Assembly (NCBI GenBank): GCA_963664405.1
Contig: OY761158.1
Coordinates: 768,001-832,000 of the forward strand
Source: Thermoanaerobaculia bacterium
Lineage (GTDB): Bacteria > Acidobacteriota > Thermoanaerobaculia > Multivoradales > Multivoraceae
Length of the DNA: 64,000 nucleotides
Direction: 5' to 3'
A model generated the notes under the pieces. The model ran no database searches. It was not told the origin of the DNA and was given only the letters and a program-made list of their open reading frames with translations. Below, one piece after another: positions 61,999 through 64,000 of the stretch; the first letter of the stretch is position 1; each line of letters opens with the position of its first letter. A program made the translations under genes and the position numbers.

Positions 61999-62607
61999 AT
62001 GAAGTTCTACGATTCCAAGGCCGCCCCCAACCCTCGCCGTGTCCGGATCTTCCTCGCCGAGAAGGGAATCGAGGTTCCAACGGTCCAGGTCGACATCGGC
62101 GGCGCCGAGAACCGCAAATCGCCTTACATCGACAAGAACCCGATGGCCGGAGTTCCGATGCTCGAGCTCGACGACGGAACCTGCCTCGCCGAAAGCGTCG
62201 CGATCTGCCGCTATTTCGAGGCCCTGCAGCCCGATCCACCGCTGATGGGCACCGACGCCCAAGACCAAGCCGTGGTGGAAATGTGGAACCGCCGAATGGA
62301 GCAGAACCTCGCCGTGCCGATCATGGACTCCTTTCGCCACGTCCACGAATTCTTCAAAGGAAGAATCGAGCAAGTGCCCGAATTCGGTCAGGTCAGCAAA
62401 AAAAAGGCCCTGGGAATCTTGAGCTGGCTCGATGGCGTTCTCGCCGACCGCGAGTTCATCGCCGGAGACAACTACTCCATCGCCGACATCACCGCGCTCA
62501 TCGGCATCGACTTCGGCAAGGTGTCGAAAATCGGCATCGGAGAGGACCAGGCCAACCTCAAGCGTTGGTACGACGCCGTCTCGAGTCGCCCGAGCGCATC
62601 GGCGTAG
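61999..62607 (+). CDS. Glutathione S-transferase family protein
   Basis: APNPRRVRIFLAEKG, NPMAGVPMLE, ESVAICRY, YSIADI. Confidence 0.93.
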   Translation: MKFYDSKAAPNPRRVRIFLAEKGIEVPTVQVDIGGAENRKSPYIDKNPMAGVPMLELDDGTCLAESVAICRYFEALQPDPPLMGTDAQDQAVVEMWNRRMEQNLAVPIMDSFRHVHEFFKGRIEQVPEFGQVSKKKALGILSWLDGVLADREFIAGDNYSIADITALIGIDFGKVSKIGIGEDQANLKRWYDAVSSRPSASA

Positions 62608-62700
62608 TCTCGGCGTAAGCAGGAATCGCTGTAGGGCGAGTCGGAGCGCAGGGCCCGCACCCAAGGGGGCTCGGGGGCCGTGCTGCTCCGCGCTCCGACC

Positions 62701-64000
62701 CTACGGTAGTTGATTGCGGTAGCGCCAGATGGTCTTGAGGAGCCCCGAGGCGGAGGTGACTTCGGCGCCGCGTTTCTGGCAGGCGACGCCGATCTCGAAG
62801 GCGAGTCGCCACTGGCGCCGGAGCTTGCTCCAGGCACGAAAGACACTGTTTCGGGGATCATAGATGTCAGTCGACTCGGCAGTGACGCCGTTGAGCTCGA
62901 GGATCGTGAGATTCTTTCCGCATTTCAGATCGTCCAAATCCGGAACGCGGAAGTCGAAGCGGCCAAAGTAAAAACCCTCGAAGCAGCGACTGAGGCGATC
63001 GACCGCCGCAACCAGTTCAGGTGTGCAGTGCGCCGAGCCGTCGAGGAAGAGGGTGCCGCGAGAGTGCGCGCCTATTGCTGTGAGCTCGAGCCTCTCTCCG
63101 GCTGCCGGCACATCGCTCAGCCGCCCCTCTAACTCGCGGCGGTACACGTCGGCGATGGCCACTGCCCGGGGGTCGCGCAAGATGAGATCTTCGAGGCAGG
63201 TCGAGCCATCGCCGACCACCACCGGTTGACGCTTCTCGGTGATCGAAAGCACCTCACCCTGCCGGCCTGGAAAGCGATAGTAGAAAACCCCGAACTCGAG
63301 GCCTCCAACGTATTCCTGCACCAGGGTCGGTAGGGAATGGTCCCGGAAGTACTCGACGGCCTCATCCTCTCCGCTCACGACCTCGACACCTTGGCCGCGC
63401 TGCCCGTGGTCGGGCTTGAGCACGACCGGAAAACCCACCCCGCTCTGGTCGATAAAGGCTCGAAAACAAGCAAGGCGCGTCTCCGCATCTCCGGGTGGAA
63501 TCAGACGCCACAACGGTATCTCGCCGTCCGTGCCGCTAAAGGAGCTGAGGATCTCCGCCTTCGACTCACCGATGAATCCCGCGTCAGGCATCCCCGGGTT
63601 GGCGGCCGTGAAAACCGTCAAGCCTCGAAACCTCACTCCGAGAGCCAGGATGTGGAGCACCACCGGCGGATAGAAGAGCCAGGAGGGCCAGAACTCCCAA
63701 CGCGTGGATCGACGCCAGAGTCCCACCAAGCCTCGTCGACCACGCCAGGTGAGGAGGCGGGGCACGATCCGCATCAGCAGCGTGAAAACAGCGACACCGA
63801 CGACGAATAGAAGCAACAGGTTGTGGCGCAGGGTCTCGAGATGGTCGAGGGCGGCAGTACCGGCGACTCGTGACGACATCACGAGAAGCGGGGTCCAGAT
63901 CGCTACCGCGATCGCCATGTAGAAGGAGAAGTGCAAGAACGAAGTCCGCAACAGGCCGGCGGCGAAGTAGGTGGCCAGGCGAGTGCCAGGCATGAATCGA
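62701..64000 (-). CDS. DedA/VTT membrane domain fused to an ATP-grasp domain, partial (start lies beyond the right edge)
   Basis: RFMPGTR DedA motif and TM helices; then WEFWP, FTAANPG, VLKPDHGQRGQGV, VQEYV, YFGRFD, ELNG. Confidence 0.78.
   Translation of the reverse strand, partial: RFMPGTRLATYFAAGLLRTSFLHFSFYMAIAVAIWTPLLVMSSRVAGTAALDHLETLRHNLLLLFVVGVAVFTLLMRIVPRLLTWRGRRGLVGLWRRSTRWEFWPSWLFYPPVVLHILALGVRFRGLTVFTAANPGMPDAGFIGESKAEILSSFSGTDGEIPLWRLIPPGDAETRLACFRAFIDQSGVGFPVVLKPDHGQRGQGVEVVSGEDEAVEYFRDHSLPTLVQEYVGGLEFGVFYYRFPGRQGEVLSITEKRQPVVVGDGSTCLEDLILRDPRAVAIADVYRRELEGRLSDVPAAGERLELTAIGAHSRGTLFLDGSAHCTPELVAAVDRLSRCFEGFYFGRFDFRVPDLDDLKCGKNLTILELNGVTAESTDIYDPRNSVFRAWSKLRRQWRLAFEIGVACQKRGAEVTSASGLLKTIWRYRNQLP

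Noticed and set aside
16805-64000. Many long antisense or overlapping ORFs in the track (e.g. 20070-21470, 44105-45055, 45167-46336, 54796-56202)
   Set aside because: Shadows of well-supported genes in high-GC sequence, with no recognisable motifs.

Overview
High-GC bacterial chromosomal window. The gene content (MALE..RLG.YE-type Ser/Thr kinases with beta-propellers, AddAB-like pair) suggests Acidobacteriota, which is an inference. Bases 1 to about 16.8 kb are an accessory region. There, most genes (CHAD protein, kinases, an rpoD-like sigma factor without dnaG, Kef-type antiporter, zincin, membrane protein, SnoaL-cupin fusion) are separated by co-oriented copies of a 27-bp site, TGTCGY-N15-RCGACA, often paired about 66 bp apart. 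The series ends at a probable tyrosine-recombinase remnant, so it looks like a non-integron cassette-like array. An IS110 element, itself carrying a nested ISL3, sits inside one of these sites. The rest is mostly core or metabolic: a Tat-exported TPP enzyme with a cytochrome c, an AddAB-like helicase/nuclease pair behind a GT2/phosphorylase-like/SPL-like radical SAM/SDR cluster, serC, transporters and an RND pump. It also holds a PAS-GGDEF-EAL gene split by an IS30/IS3 composite, a probable UxxC selenoprotein with a SECIS-like hairpin, F420 genes (cofD, cofE, npdG, LLM oxidoreductase) and two MITE-like elements. No rRNA, tRNA or CRISPR was seen. All calls come from reading the sequence; no database searches were run.
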